From IMG/VR virus record IMGVR_UViG_3300045974_000132, positions 1 to 64,000 of that record: a stretch of 64,000 bases of DNA. One strand, 5' to 3'. The translations under genes and the position numbers were made by a program. Position 1 is the first letter of the stretch, and the number at the start of each line of letters is the position of its first letter. This document shows, one piece after another, positions 35,996 through 47,500 of this stretch. The notes under the pieces were generated by a model. That model worked only from the letters and a program-made list of their open reading frames with translations, was not told the origin of the DNA and searched no databases.

Positions 35996-37156
35996 ATGTC
36001 CTCAGGTTTTTCTGTTCAACGTAATGGTTTTGTCAAAGTTGGTGACATCATTGGCTCCGTCATTACTGATCTTGAAGCAAACGGCTTTACTTTAAAGTTC
36101 CCAGCCGTTGCTCCCATTAACTGGGCTTCACCCTATAAGGTTACACTAGAAGCAGGTAGTACTGTTGATCCGCTTGCTACTACTCAGAAGTGGCGTATTC
36201 AATTCACTGTCATTGATGACTTCCAGTGCAAGATGTATGTTGCTGCTGATCTTCAGCTTCCAGATGACGGCAGCGTTGCAAAGCTCAACGTTGATTTCAA
36301 TACTGCTGTTGACAATGCTGGTGTTATCGGTACTGATCTAGTGTACCCCTATAAGCTAGATGGTACAACGCTCATTGTTCCAGATACTCCGTACAATGCG
36401 AGCACTCCTACTACTCTTGCAATGGTTCAACGAAGCAAGCGTATTAATAATGCGGATAGCCAATTCATTGATCGCTCTATTCGTATTCCCGATCTAGCAA
36501 CTGCTGCAAACTACCCAATGAGCTATCTGCTCAATGTTACACCGCGTGGTTTCTCGTTGTGTATTTGGGAAGAAGCTCAAGACATTACAGCTGGTCAAAA
36601 CTTCTCGTGGGTTGTTGTTCAGCGCCCAGTTGATCGTACTACGGGTCAAGCTTTGGTCGATACTGCAACTAAGTGTCCTTTGTTCTGCGTATATGGTCTT
36701 CAGGATATGTATGTACCTGCTGCTATTAAACCGAAGGACAGTGCTGATACTAATGGTCACGCTATCATTATCTATCCAGAGCGTTGGGAAAGTGGTATTA
36801 AGAAGTTTGTAGTGCGTGAGTCTGATGTTGTTAAGCCTACTCCTTCTATGCCTGCTACGTATGATTCTGTTGACAGTAACGGTATCATGAATGCAGGTAA
36901 GCAAGTAACGATCACGGAAGATAACAAGTACGTTGTTACTTTCCCAAACAAACTTAATACCTACCGTTATGCTTATACGCAAGAGCTTGACTTAGTTGGT
37001 TATACTTCTGCCAGCGTCATTGCTCAATATGCTAAGGTTCCTCTCACTGTTTACGGTGAAAGCTCTGCACGTACTTACCAGGCGATGTTAGCAAACGGTA
37101 TCAACAATACGAAGATGCGCGTTCTATTCCTTACGAACGGCGGCGGTATTTCTTGA
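35996..37156 (+). CDS. Putative virion structural protein
   Basis: 386 aa, beta-rich, strong codon bias, AAGGAG RBS, followed by a terminator. Confidence 0.7.
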   Translation: MSSGFSVQRNGFVKVGDIIGSVITDLEANGFTLKFPAVAPINWASPYKVTLEAGSTVDPLATTQKWRIQFTVIDDFQCKMYVAADLQLPDDGSVAKLNVDFNTAVDNAGVIGTDLVYPYKLDGTTLIVPDTPYNASTPTTLAMVQRSKRINNADSQFIDRSIRIPDLATAANYPMSYLLNVTPRGFSLCIWEEAQDITAGQNFSWVVVQRPVDRTTGQALVDTATKCPLFCVYGLQDMYVPAAIKPKDSADTNGHAIIIYPERWESGIKKFVVRESDVVKPTPSMPATYDSVDSNGIMNAGKQVTITEDNKYVVTFPNKLNTYRYAYTQELDLVGYTSASVIAQYAKVPLTVYGESSARTYQAMLANGINNTKMRVLFLTNGGGIS

Positions 37157-37170
37157 TAAAGTACCTAATG

Positions 37171-37205
37171 AGCCTGGGAGAGTGATTTCCCAGGCTTTTT
37201 CTTTT
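37171..37205 (+). terminator. Intrinsic terminator
   Basis: AGCCTGGGAGA-GTGA-TTTCCCAGGCT followed by TTTTCTTTT. Confidence 0.8.
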
Positions 37206-37217
37206 TAGGCGACTCAA

Positions 37218-40200
37218 ATGTATAATTTCGGTCAATCAATAAATCAAAACCCGTCTACTACCGCAATATCTTCTGCTGTAGTTATGGCAGTTGCCCAAAC
37301 ACTTACTACTAGTCTGGGTGTATTTGTTGTTAACGGTATTGTTAAAACCAATTCTGTTGCTGTAGTTGCTAATGACTCTGTTCAGGTTCAGCTAACTACG
37401 TCAGCCGCAAATGCTACTACGGTATTTGCAGTTATATCCAACTCTTTAAATAATGAGTTGGGTTACTACCTAGCTACAACTAAGTCTATTATAGCACATT
37501 CCCTGTCTACTCAGGTATATTTTACAACACCTCAGTTTCTTAATAGAAACTCTTTAATATCAACATCGCTCATTACGGTTGCAGGCATTGCTAGTGATAT
37601 AACTGTTCCTGTAGTAATACCTAATGTTTACGGAGCTTACATATTAAAGAACGGTGTGAATTCAGGGCAGACAACTAATGCTGCATTGAACGATACTTTG
37701 CAAATTGCGTTTACTACGCCCTCTTATTCTAGCCTAGCTATCAGCATACCCATAGCTGTGGGTAATATGAATACCTGGTTTAGTGCAGTAACGCGCTCAA
37801 TTACTACTCAGCCTACTCCCTTTTACTTAAGCCCTAGCGTAGGATGTACGCCGGGAACTACTTACTCAACGCCCTCTATAACTATAAGTGGCCTTGATGC
37901 AGATGCTTCAATACCTGTACAAACACCCACGGGTAGCATAACAAAAAATGGAATACTGGTAGGAACCTATACAACAGTGGTTAACGGTGATCATCTTATC
38001 TTTACAGCGCTATCACCCTTGAACAGTAAGGATTCTGCGTTTATTACAATAACTGCAGGTAGCTATCTGACAATATGGTCTATTACTAATAAGAGTTCTT
38101 CTACATACGTTAGTGACTCTTACTTAGGAGTACAACCGATTAACTATCCTGTTACTACCCTAAATACAGATATAAGTTTAAAGTATCTTAATGGTACTAC
38201 TACAGGCTATATATCTTTAGCTACACCCACTAACACTATAGTATCAGGTAATGATGCTATAGTGCTGCTAAACTATTCTTTGGCTACTGCTCAAATTGTA
38301 GACTCTGTAACAAACAAGTTGGTTAAGAACTTAACGTTTGCCGCAAATAGTAAACCTATAGCTTCAGACTACTATCCTAAAGCAAGCAGCGGTGCTACTT
38401 CTTTAGTTGTTGCACTCAACGGTACTAATACAATAGCAGTATATGATAGTGATTACAACCTATCAAATACTTTTACTCTTCCTTTTAGCCCAGACGGTAT
38501 GTGCGTGGGCTTAGACAACCTAGTGTATGTATCAAATAAAGCATCTAATGTAGTTCAAAAATACTCGATCACAGGCTCATTCGTTGCTAGTTTAACAATA
38601 CCTTCACCTACTCTGTTAAAGTGTATAGATGAGGTATACATTATTTCAGCATCTGGTGGCGTTTATACACCTACTTCCGTTACACCTCTAGTAGCAAGCA
38701 TCTATTGTACAGACCTAGACGTTTTGAACGATCAAAAAGTATTTCTAAATGTCTATGATAATTCTGTCTTAGTTTATCAATTAGGTATACTAGTTCAGAC
38801 AATTTATCTATCTTTTATACCTACTGCTGTAACGCAAGCTAGCAACGGTAACATATATGTAACAGATACGTATAGATCCTTGTATGTAATCAATGGTAAC
38901 ACTATTACTCAGTATGCAACAGGTGCTATGGTTGTAGGTCTAGGCTGTAAAAATTCAATTGTCTATGCTATTGAAACATTGAAGAATGTAAATCTTGCAG
39001 CCTTCACAGTAACAAGCAGTGAACCTACACTCACATATACACCCTCTGACATAGTTAATAGTGCTTTAGGTATAAGCTGTACTTCCTCTACTTTAACTGT
39101 TTCAAATGTTTTGCGGACTAATCAGATTAATATCGAACCTTATCCGGGTTTGAGTGTATCTAAAAACGGTACCGGTATTGCAACGTCTGGTGGAAAGATA
39201 CCTGTATCAAACGGAGATATAATTCAATTTAATGTCAATAGTTCTCAGAGCTATAATACGTTGGAAAAGATAAATGCCAGTATAGGGGCTTCTGCTTATA
39301 CTTTATCAATAACAACTGCACCTGATATTATACCTGAGACCCTCACCTTTAATAACTTGTTGAACAAAGCAATTGATACTGTTGTATCAACAGAGCCTAT
39401 GCTTATAGCAGGGCTGTCCAACGGTTTTACAGCCGTTTTAAATATAGTTAGTAGTTCACCTGTTTATGGGTTTATACTGAACGGAACGTATGTAGGCACT
39501 ACTGCATCTGTTGTTAATGGTGACTTACTTGCTGTTTCCCTAACAGTCGAGGGCTTATACGGTGTGCAGACAGACTATACGATAACAGCATCTGACTATT
39601 TTAATACTACTACTACGGTAGGCGGTGTATCTGTTACGTCATTGTTATTAGATGGGCCTATCACGTGGCCGGTATTTGCTACCTTAACGCAAGATGCAGC
39701 ATTCAAACTTATAGAGTATTCTGCATCTGATGCTGTTATAAGTACACCAAACTTCATAGAAGTAGGCCGTACAGATAGAGCAGTGTCAAATCTTAAGGTA
39801 GGCCGCGTAGTACATAGCCCTATACCTACTTCAGGTGTAACACGTACTCCGATTAAGTCAGATAGTCCTATTAGTTTCTTCAATGAGACAACTCCGTTAA
39901 ATGAAATAAGATGGGCATTAAAGGAAACACCTATAAAGCCCATATTGACATTGTATCAGAATAATAGAATCCACCTAGTTCCTTACTTTATCTCGGCTGT
40001 CTTACAAAAAGCAGCGTTGGAAAAAGCAGGATTGAATACTGGCTTAGTATTCAAGAATTCTATTCCTACATTGAATACTTTGAGTACAGGTGCTATTGCT
40101 CAACATAGTTCTAGTAAAGCTTCAGTAGAGGGCTTCGGCGTATATGTTAATGCGTCCCAACATACTTCTGCTCAAAACTTCGGTAAAGCTCTATCTATTA

Positions 40201-40967
40201 CTGTATATGAGGCAACCGCGAACTACGGAGATGCACCCAAAGCAACCGGTTATATGTATCAACCCTTAGTTGTTCTGTATGAGTATAATACACAAAGACC
40301 TGTAGATCAAATATTTGAACCTAGACCTATATTTGTCTCTCCTGAATACACATTGGACAATTATGTGTTTAGTGAGTATGGGTACTTTATTGAACCTTTA
40401 GTTGGTCTAAATATAAAGGCACAGGAGTATTACTTTACTTACGGCAACCTACTAGATAAGACACAATTTATTGAAATAACAGTGGAAGGATTTGAGTTTA
40501 CACCTAAACCTTATGAAATAGAAGCAAATGCAGCAACCGACTCAGTTAAGTGGGTAGCACACTCTACCGATCAAACCTTTAAGGTGGCAGATTATAATCT
40601 GCATCCTGTAGCATTTGCACATTTTATACACTCAGCATTGTCAACGTATTCTACGGCTATTGCTAATTTTATAAAAGTAACAGATTTAGTTGTATTTGAT
40701 CCTACACCTATAGCTTGCAACTTACATGGGTTGTTTACTAGTCCTAGTTCCCTATATGCAGATGCTCTATTCCAAGGTTTTACCCAGGATCAAGTTTCTA
40801 TAGTTGACTATAAAGGGTGCAAACTGTGGACAGTTCCGCCTGTTGCAGAAACAATCAATTGCGGTTCTTCGGGCTCTTTAACACCTATAGCGTGGGATGT
40901 AAATCAAGGTATAAGTCCTTTGTTCATAGGCGTGACTAAAGACACTGGTTGGGTTAGCGGGGGTTGA
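37218..40967 (+). CDS. Large virion protein with about five Ig-like repeats and an NHL/YVTN-like beta-propeller
   Basis: Repeats T(I/V)(S/A)G...(K/L)NG....V.NGD; propeller-like PDGMCVGLDNLVYVSN and PTAVTQASNGNIYVTD. Confidence 0.7.
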   Translation: MYNFGQSINQNPSTTAISSAVVMAVAQTLTTSLGVFVVNGIVKTNSVAVVANDSVQVQLTTSAANATTVFAVISNSLNNELGYYLATTKSIIAHSLSTQVYFTTPQFLNRNSLISTSLITVAGIASDITVPVVIPNVYGAYILKNGVNSGQTTNAALNDTLQIAFTTPSYSSLAISIPIAVGNMNTWFSAVTRSITTQPTPFYLSPSVGCTPGTTYSTPSITISGLDADASIPVQTPTGSITKNGILVGTYTTVVNGDHLIFTALSPLNSKDSAFITITAGSYLTIWSITNKSSSTYVSDSYLGVQPINYPVTTLNTDISLKYLNGTTTGYISLATPTNTIVSGNDAIVLLNYSLATAQIVDSVTNKLVKNLTFAANSKPIASDYYPKASSGATSLVVALNGTNTIAVYDSDYNLSNTFTLPFSPDGMCVGLDNLVYVSNKASNVVQKYSITGSFVASLTIPSPTLLKCIDEVYIISASGGVYTPTSVTPLVASIYCTDLDVLNDQKVFLNVYDNSVLVYQLGILVQTIYLSFIPTAVTQASNGNIYVTDTYRSLYVINGNTITQYATGAMVVGLGCKNSIVYAIETLKNVNLAAFTVTSSEPTLTYTPSDIVNSALGISCTSSTLTVSNVLRTNQINIEPYPGLSVSKNGTGIATSGGKIPVSNGDIIQFNVNSSQSYNTLEKINASIGASAYTLSITTAPDIIPETLTFNNLLNKAIDTVVSTEPMLIAGLSNGFTAVLNIVSSSPVYGFILNGTYVGTTASVVNGDLLAVSLTVEGLYGVQTDYTITASDYFNTTTTVGGVSVTSLLLDGPITWPVFATLTQDAAFKLIEYSASDAVISTPNFIEVGRTDRAVSNLKVGRVVHSPIPTSGVTRTPIKSDSPISFFNETTPLNEIRWALKETPIKPILTLYQNNRIHLVPYFISAVLQKAALEKAGLNTGLVFKNSIPTLNTLSTGAIAQHSSSKASVEGFGVYVNASQHTSAQNFGKALSITVYEATANYGDAPKATGYMYQPLVVLYEYNTQRPVDQIFEPRPIFVSPEYTLDNYVFSEYGYFIEPLVGLNIKAQEYYFTYGNLLDKTQFIEITVEGFEFTPKPYEIEANAATDSVKWVAHSTDQTFKVADYNLHPVAFAHFIHSALSTYSTAIANFIKVTDLVVFDPTPIACNLHGLFTSPSSLYADALFQGFTQDQVSIVDYKGCKLWTVPPVAETINCGSSGSLTPIAWDVNQGISPLFIGVTKDTGWVSGG

Positions 40968-41659
40968 TGCGTATGATGTATATCACAAAAGGAGATTTTA
41001 GACATTTTATACCTGCAGCGCCGGCTAGAAACTATTACCTACCTGTATATGATTTATATGGAGATAAGATTCTTCATTATGAATTCTCCTCAGACGGTAC
41101 AGGCGTTGCAACTATGCCTGATTTCTTTAACGGAGTAGAAGGTTCTATTTCTGTAACATGCAACGGTATTGACCTAAAACAAACTGACTATAAATACGAT
41201 ACTTATTTTTTAACGGTATCTTCCTACTATGAACTTCAAGTTACAGTTTTGACAGATTCACAAGATCCTACAAAAGTAACTACAAAGTCTGAAAATGTCC
41301 CTGTAGGTGCAATACCTCCTATCGGTAAGCTAATAGAAGTCAATGTCTCTATACCTACTCCTATAGGTGATACGGGATGGCAATATTTTGATTTTAGCGA
41401 ACTGTTAATCCAAGGAGCGAATCCTACAGATCAAACAGTGTTGGACGAATATCATAACTTTCAAGGTGGGTACAGATTAATGTTGGAGATAATATCTCAA
41501 CCTGCTTTTGGAGAAGCTGTAATTAGCGACTACAAATTAGGTATTAGATATAAAGCCCCTGTAGGCTTCAAAGGGCTTGATAGTTTTTCATACCGGCTTG
41601 TAACAGAGTTTGGTCAAAAATCGGAGCCTGCTTGTATTTCATTGCACGTAGGTATGTAG
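40967..41659 (+). CDS. Structural protein with C-terminal Big_9/cadherin-like Ig domain
   Basis: QPAFG......IRYKAPVGFKGLDSFSYRL; ATG overlaps the upstream TGA. Confidence 0.65.
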   Translation: MRMMYITKGDFRHFIPAAPARNYYLPVYDLYGDKILHYEFSSDGTGVATMPDFFNGVEGSISVTCNGIDLKQTDYKYDTYFLTVSSYYELQVTVLTDSQDPTKVTTKSENVPVGAIPPIGKLIEVNVSIPTPIGDTGWQYFDFSELLIQGANPTDQTVLDEYHNFQGGYRLMLEIISQPAFGEAVISDYKLGIRYKAPVGFKGLDSFSYRLVTEFGQKSEPACISLHVGM

Positions 41660-41702
41660 TTATTTCTAATTTAAGTCTACGCTATTGATCTCGGAGATTC
41701 AA

Positions 41703-44507
41703 ATGCTTATAGATGGTGCAAAATTTACCGCTACTGGTAATCAACTAAACTCAGGTGTCGAACTAGTTACGTCACTTCCGGCAACAGGCAACTTTGAAGG
41801 ACGTGAAGTAGCTCTAACCCAAACAGACGGTGATAACGGCGCAGGTATTTATACCTATATTAATGGTGCTTGGGTTGGTTCAGCCGATAGTGCTAAGATT
41901 ACAGCCCTTGTTAATTCCCTTATTACCAATAAAGCAGACAAGGGTACTTCTCTTACTGCTTACGGTATCGGTGATGCTTATAGCAAGACCGAAGTAAATA
42001 CACTACTTGAAAACTTTACACCGGTTGCTTCATACTCTAAAATAGAAGTCGATGGTATGTTTACCAACTTGGTGGGTCTTGCACCTACTACGTTGGATAC
42101 AATTCATGAACTAGCTGCCCAGATGCAAGCTGATGAAAGCGGTGCAGCGGCTCTTGTTACAACGGTTGGCGGTAAAGCTGACAAAGGTACTACTCTAACA
42201 GCTTACGGTATTACGGATGCTTACACCAAGTCTGAAGTGAATTCAGCTATTGCTTCCGCTGTACCTACTGTTACTTTTGCCAACTTATCAGGTAAGCCAA
42301 CGACTGTCGTTGGCTATGGTATTACGGATGCTTACACCAAGACTGAAGTTCAAGCCTTCTTTACGGGCTTAGATCAAAATACTTTTGGTAATGCAATTCG
42401 TTCATACATTGATGATGGTGATGCTTCTACTGCGGCAGGCGTTGCTGCTCAGATTACCGCAGCTAATGCAGACTTGCTGCAAACGGCATTGAACTACTCA
42501 ACGGTAGCAGGTAACAATGCTTCTACTGGTGCTAAGGCTTACGCTGTTTCACAAGATGCTCTCACCCTAGCTGCTGCAAAGAGTTATGCTGATACCCACT
42601 CGGTTGCTTTAGCTGCTGCCCAAGCTGCAACGGCTGCGGGTCTTGCTGACAATGTTATATTGGCCCAAGCAAAGACCTACGCAGACAGTATCAATCTAGT
42701 TGCTACCAATGAAAAGAACTATGTTGACTCCAGCGTTGCTACAGCCGTAAGTACGTTGCGCGGTGAAGCAAACACTATTGCAACAACGGCTGCACAAAAT
42801 CTTTCCGATGCCCATACTGCATTGGATACTCGTATTGATAGTCTGACTACCTCAGCCGCTTTAAGCTTATCCAACGCTGATTATAACATACGCTATGATT
42901 TAAACTCGCGTATGAATCATATGGATGCAGACATCCGTACGTATGCTGATGACAAGGTTGCTGCGTCCTACACAACAACCATGCAAAATGTTACAGACTA
43001 TCTTGCTGCGCGAGTACCTACTTCCAATGAAGTACTGGCTTATGTAGATCAACAGGTTGCTGCTTCTATTGTAACAACTGAAAATGCTGATAACGCCTAC
43101 ACCGACACTAAGGTAGCTGCTTTACATACAGTGGTTGGCACTGAAACTGCTGCTTCGGTCCTGGCTTCTTTAAATACTGCCAAAGCTTATGCGGATAGTA
43201 ATCTTGCGCTTGCAAATCAACACGCTGATGACAACCTGAATCGTGTATTTGCAGGTGGATTTGCTCAGTATGCAACAGACCAATTAACTGCAACCCAAAC
43301 AGCTTCTGTTGCTGCTGCAAAAACGTACACCGATACTCGGGAAACAGCAATAACTACTGCTTATACAAATTTAGTGGCAAGTACCGCTAACGGTATATCT
43401 ACTGCTTATCATTATGCAGATGGCGAACTAAGCAAAGATATTGCTAAGTGCTTAGTTGATGCTAAGGATTATGTTGATACTCAGACCTTAGGTTCTGTCC
43501 GTAAGACATACGTTGATAGCAATGATACTCGCGTCTTGTCTTCTGCCCATGCTTACACGGACACGCAGTTGGTTACTACAGAGTCCAACCTACAACTGTA
43601 TGCTGAATCCCAAGCTTCAACTGCCCAGCAAGCTGCAACGGATTACGCGGATACAGTTGCTGCAAACACTCTGAATGCTGCCAAGGCATACGCTGATAGT
43701 TCTGTGGTCAGCAGCATTACGTCCTACGTTGATTCTACGGTTGCTACTGCAAAGACGGCTGCTAATACTCACTCTGATGCAGCGGTTGCGGCTCTTGCTC
43801 AAACAATTGCAGATGCAGGTTATCAAAACGCTACTCAAGTTGCTTCAGCAATCACTGCTGCGGCATACTCACTCCCTACTGCAAGTAATTCAGTATTAGG
43901 TGGTGTAAAGGTTGACGGTACTACGATTACTATCAGTAACGGTGTGATTAGCTCTGCTGCTTCCTACAACTTACCTACTGCTTCTACTTCAACACTAGGA
44001 GGTGTTAAGATTGACGGCACTACGATTAGTATTGACGGTAACGGTGTGATTAGTGCGGCTGCTACAAGCTTATCAATCGCCTCTACTTCAACACTAGGCG
44101 GTATAAAGGTCGGAGCTGGTCTTGCTATCAATGCAGCTACAGGCGTTCTGACAACAGACGTTACTGTTCAACCGTATGACTTCGCTAGTAATCTTGCAGG
44201 TAAGCCGACAGCAGGCGCAACAGTTATGATGGCAGTTGCTCCACGTAACTGCACGCTGCCCGCAAACTTTGCAAGTAGCTTCGCTAAATCTTTAGCTGCC
44301 GCTACTGCAACGGCAACGTTCTCGATTAACAAGAACGGTACTCAGATAGCAACCTTCGCGTTTGCAGCAAGTTCAACTTCTGCAACATTTAGCACACAGT
44401 CGGCACTCAGTATTGCAGCCGGTGATATTATTACTGTTACCTCCCCTGCTACTCAAGATGCTACACTGTCTGATCTATCTTGGACGTTTGCTGCGTTCCT
44501 GGCATAA
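41703..44507 (+). CDS. Tail-fibre-like repeat protein
   Basis: GI(T/G)DAY(T/S)K x3, many AK.Y(A/T)D coiled-coil repeats, AS.S.LGG(V/I)K x3, C-terminal PYD domain; ATG 41703 with GGAG RBS. Confidence 0.8.
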   Translation: MLIDGAKFTATGNQLNSGVELVTSLPATGNFEGREVALTQTDGDNGAGIYTYINGAWVGSADSAKITALVNSLITNKADKGTSLTAYGIGDAYSKTEVNTLLENFTPVASYSKIEVDGMFTNLVGLAPTTLDTIHELAAQMQADESGAAALVTTVGGKADKGTTLTAYGITDAYTKSEVNSAIASAVPTVTFANLSGKPTTVVGYGITDAYTKTEVQAFFTGLDQNTFGNAIRSYIDDGDASTAAGVAAQITAANADLLQTALNYSTVAGNNASTGAKAYAVSQDALTLAAAKSYADTHSVALAAAQAATAAGLADNVILAQAKTYADSINLVATNEKNYVDSSVATAVSTLRGEANTIATTAAQNLSDAHTALDTRIDSLTTSAALSLSNADYNIRYDLNSRMNHMDADIRTYADDKVAASYTTTMQNVTDYLAARVPTSNEVLAYVDQQVAASIVTTENADNAYTDTKVAALHTVVGTETAASVLASLNTAKAYADSNLALANQHADDNLNRVFAGGFAQYATDQLTATQTASVAAAKTYTDTRETAITTAYTNLVASTANGISTAYHYADGELSKDIAKCLVDAKDYVDTQTLGSVRKTYVDSNDTRVLSSAHAYTDTQLVTTESNLQLYAESQASTAQQAATDYADTVAANTLNAAKAYADSSVVSSITSYVDSTVATAKTAANTHSDAAVAALAQTIADAGYQNATQVASAITAAAYSLPTASNSVLGGVKVDGTTITISNGVISSAASYNLPTASTSTLGGVKIDGTTISIDGNGVISAAATSLSIASTSTLGGIKVGAGLAINAATGVLTTDVTVQPYDFASNLAGKPTAGATVMMAVAPRNCTLPANFASSFAKSLAAATATATFSINKNGTQIATFAFAASSTSATFSTQSALSIAAGDIITVTSPATQDATLSDLSWTFAAFLA

Positions 44508-44520
44508 TTGGTAATACCTA

Positions 44521-44552
44521 ACTACGGATGCTGTAAGGTGTCCGTAGTTTTC
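44521..44552 (+). terminator. Intrinsic terminator
   Basis: ACTACGGATGCT-GTAA-GGTGTCCGTAGT followed by TTTC. Confidence 0.75.
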
Positions 44553-44575
44553 TCCACTTGAATTGGGAAAACACC

Positions 44576-47500
44576 ATGCTTTTAACAGTTAAACCATTCT
44601 ACATGGCTGTCGCACAGACTCTTTCAGGGTTTGATCCGTACTATGATGCGGTAACTCTTTTGCTCCATGCAGAAGGTGCTAACGGCAGTCAAGTTATTAC
44701 CGACGAAAAAGGCCATACAGCAACGGTTGGTTCCGGAGTAACTCTTTCTACAGCTACTAGCATGTTTGGCAGTAGCTGTTTGAAGTTTGACAACACCGCA
44801 ACTGCAACCATGTACTATAACGGTAGTTCGGATTTCGCTTTTGGTTATGATGACTTCACTATCGAGGCATTTGTAAAAACAAACTCCTTTGGCACGACGC
44901 TACAGACCATCTTTGACACGCGGCCTGCGAATGTTAATGGGGCTTACATCTGTCTGTATCTGGAGACTACAGGTGCTATTTCTACCTACGTCAACTCTGT
45001 TGTGCAGCTAACCTCTGCGACAAAACTGTCAACTAACACGTGGGCACACGTTGCACTAAGCCGCACCAACCAAGTAACAAGTTTGTTTATTAACGGTGCA
45101 CTTCAAGGCAGCGTAGTAGATGCAACAAACTACCTCAACGGTGCAAGCCGTCCAAGTATCGGTAATAGTGGGTACTACTCTGGAGGTACGACTCCTTGGA
45201 ATGGTTACATTGATGAACTTCGTGTGACTAAGGGAGTTGGTCGCTATATCGCAGGGGCGGTCCCGGCGTTTACGACCGATGCAAACACGAAACTGCTTGC
45301 ACACTTTGAAAACAACCTGACAGACGTTGTTGGTAACACGATCACCAATTCTGGCGCGACGTTCTCAAGCACGATCTCGAAGAGCGGTTCTTACAGCGCA
45401 TACTTCAACGGTGCTTCTTATGCTGCTGCCCCTGCCGCTGTCGGTCAATTCGGCTCCGGCGAGTTTACGGTTGAAGGTTGGGCATATCTACCTGCCAACG
45501 GTGGCTATCAAACGTTGTTCGGTACGTTGAACCACCCAACAGATGGTTGGGCAGTCCAGCAAAATCGTGTAATGTGGTTTGACGGTAGCGGTTTCCACAC
45601 GGGTACTTATTCAGCGTCGGTTCCAGCAAATTCTTGGGCGCACGTTGCTTTTGTGCGACTTGGTAACACTATCACCGTCTACATTAACGGTGCTTCTGTC
45701 TTCTCCGGTGCTGTTTCTGGAGCATTGACGTCAAACGCTGCATTGCGCTTCGGTTATCGTCCTGACGGTAACGAGTTCATGACAGGGTATTTGGACGAAG
45801 TTCGTGTCAGCAACGTGGCTAGATACACGGCCAACTACACGGTGGCGATGCCCGCACCAACCACGATCCCGACTTCGACAATGCAATCTACTCTTGAGGG
45901 CGCATTCGATCCGTATTACGGTAATACGGTCTTAATGATTCACGGTAATGATACCGTTGGTTTAGATACAACCTTTGTAGATAGTTCTATCAACCAAGCT
46001 GCGATAACGCGGTACGGTAATGTGCGTCAAGGTCTAAATAATCCATTTGGTACTACAACTGATGGCAGTATTTACTTCAATGGTAGTACTGATTATTTAA
46101 CACTACCTTATTCTAATATAGCTACCCAGTGGTGGAATAGTGCGGGATTTACTATAGAAGCTTGGGTATACCCTATTGCGTATACCTCCTCTACTTTAAA
46201 CTCTAATACCGACCCTGTATTAGTAGGTAATCAGACTGTAGGTAGTGCGTCAAGCTTCTGGTCTTTCGGTTTAGATAGTGCCGGTCATGTAAAGCTGTAT
46301 TACTTTACCGGCTCACAAAATCGTATAATAGGTACAGGTGTAGTTGCTCTCAATACCTGGACACATATTGCAATGGTTGTTTCTGGTACCACTGTTAAGT
46401 TTTATATTAACGGTGTTCTTGATACTACTAGCGCAATATCAGGTACTCCGCAAAGCGGTTCAACCTCACCCTTTGTTGTAGGTGCTGGCGGTAACGGTTA
46501 CTTCAACGGTTTTATTTCTAATATGCGGATAGTTGCAGGTACCTCTATATACACTACAGGGTTTATACCTCCTACGTCCTCCTTGACAAACATCGCAGGT
46601 ACGCAGCTTCTGTTAAATACCAAAAACAATGGGTATGTTAGTGATAACACTCAGGTATTAGACTATTCCTCTAATACGCTACTCTTGACTAATGCTGGTA
46701 GTACATCACTAGTACCTGCTTCACCTTTCGGTACATTAGGTCAATCTTTATCCTTCAATGGTAGCACACAGAAGCTGACTACCTCGGCGAACGCAGGTCT
46801 TGCGTTCGGTACGGGTGACTTCACTGTTGAGTTTTGGTTGTTCCCGCTGTCTTTTGTAAACTACATTACCTATGTAAGTACTCGTACCGGTGCTAATACA
46901 ACTAGCTGGTCTATAGGTACTCAAGCTGCTGGACAGATACTGTTCTACGCAGGTAGCGAAATCTTGAGGTCTAGTGCAACCTTAACTCTAAATGCTTGGC
47001 AGCACATTGCAATCGTTCGTAAGAACGGTGTTATTAGCGGCTACATCAATGGGGTTAAGTATGCAGCAGACGTAGCCAATACTTACAACTTTACAGCCAA
47101 CGTTGCTACAGTTGGTGGTGATCCGACTTTTGGTGAGTTTGCTCCAGCTTATCTCAGCAACGTTCGTATTACCAACAATGCTGTATATTCGGCTCCGTTT
47201 ACTCCTTCAACAACCCCGTTGACTGCTGTATCTGGTACTCAACTGCTAGCGGCCAACAAGCCTTACTCGTTCCTGAGCAATACTGCATTGATGGAAGCAG
47301 GCTCTGGCTTACCTATAGCAGTTAACGGGGCACCTATTAATACGGGTGTATATCCTTTTGCAACACAAAGTAGCTCAATCTTCTTCACAGGTGCTACACC
47401 TGACTATCTGAAGATGACAGCACCTACTACTATCGGTTTTGGTACAGGTGACTATACTGTCGAGTACTGGTTGTTCCCAACAGCTTATGGTGCGACCACA

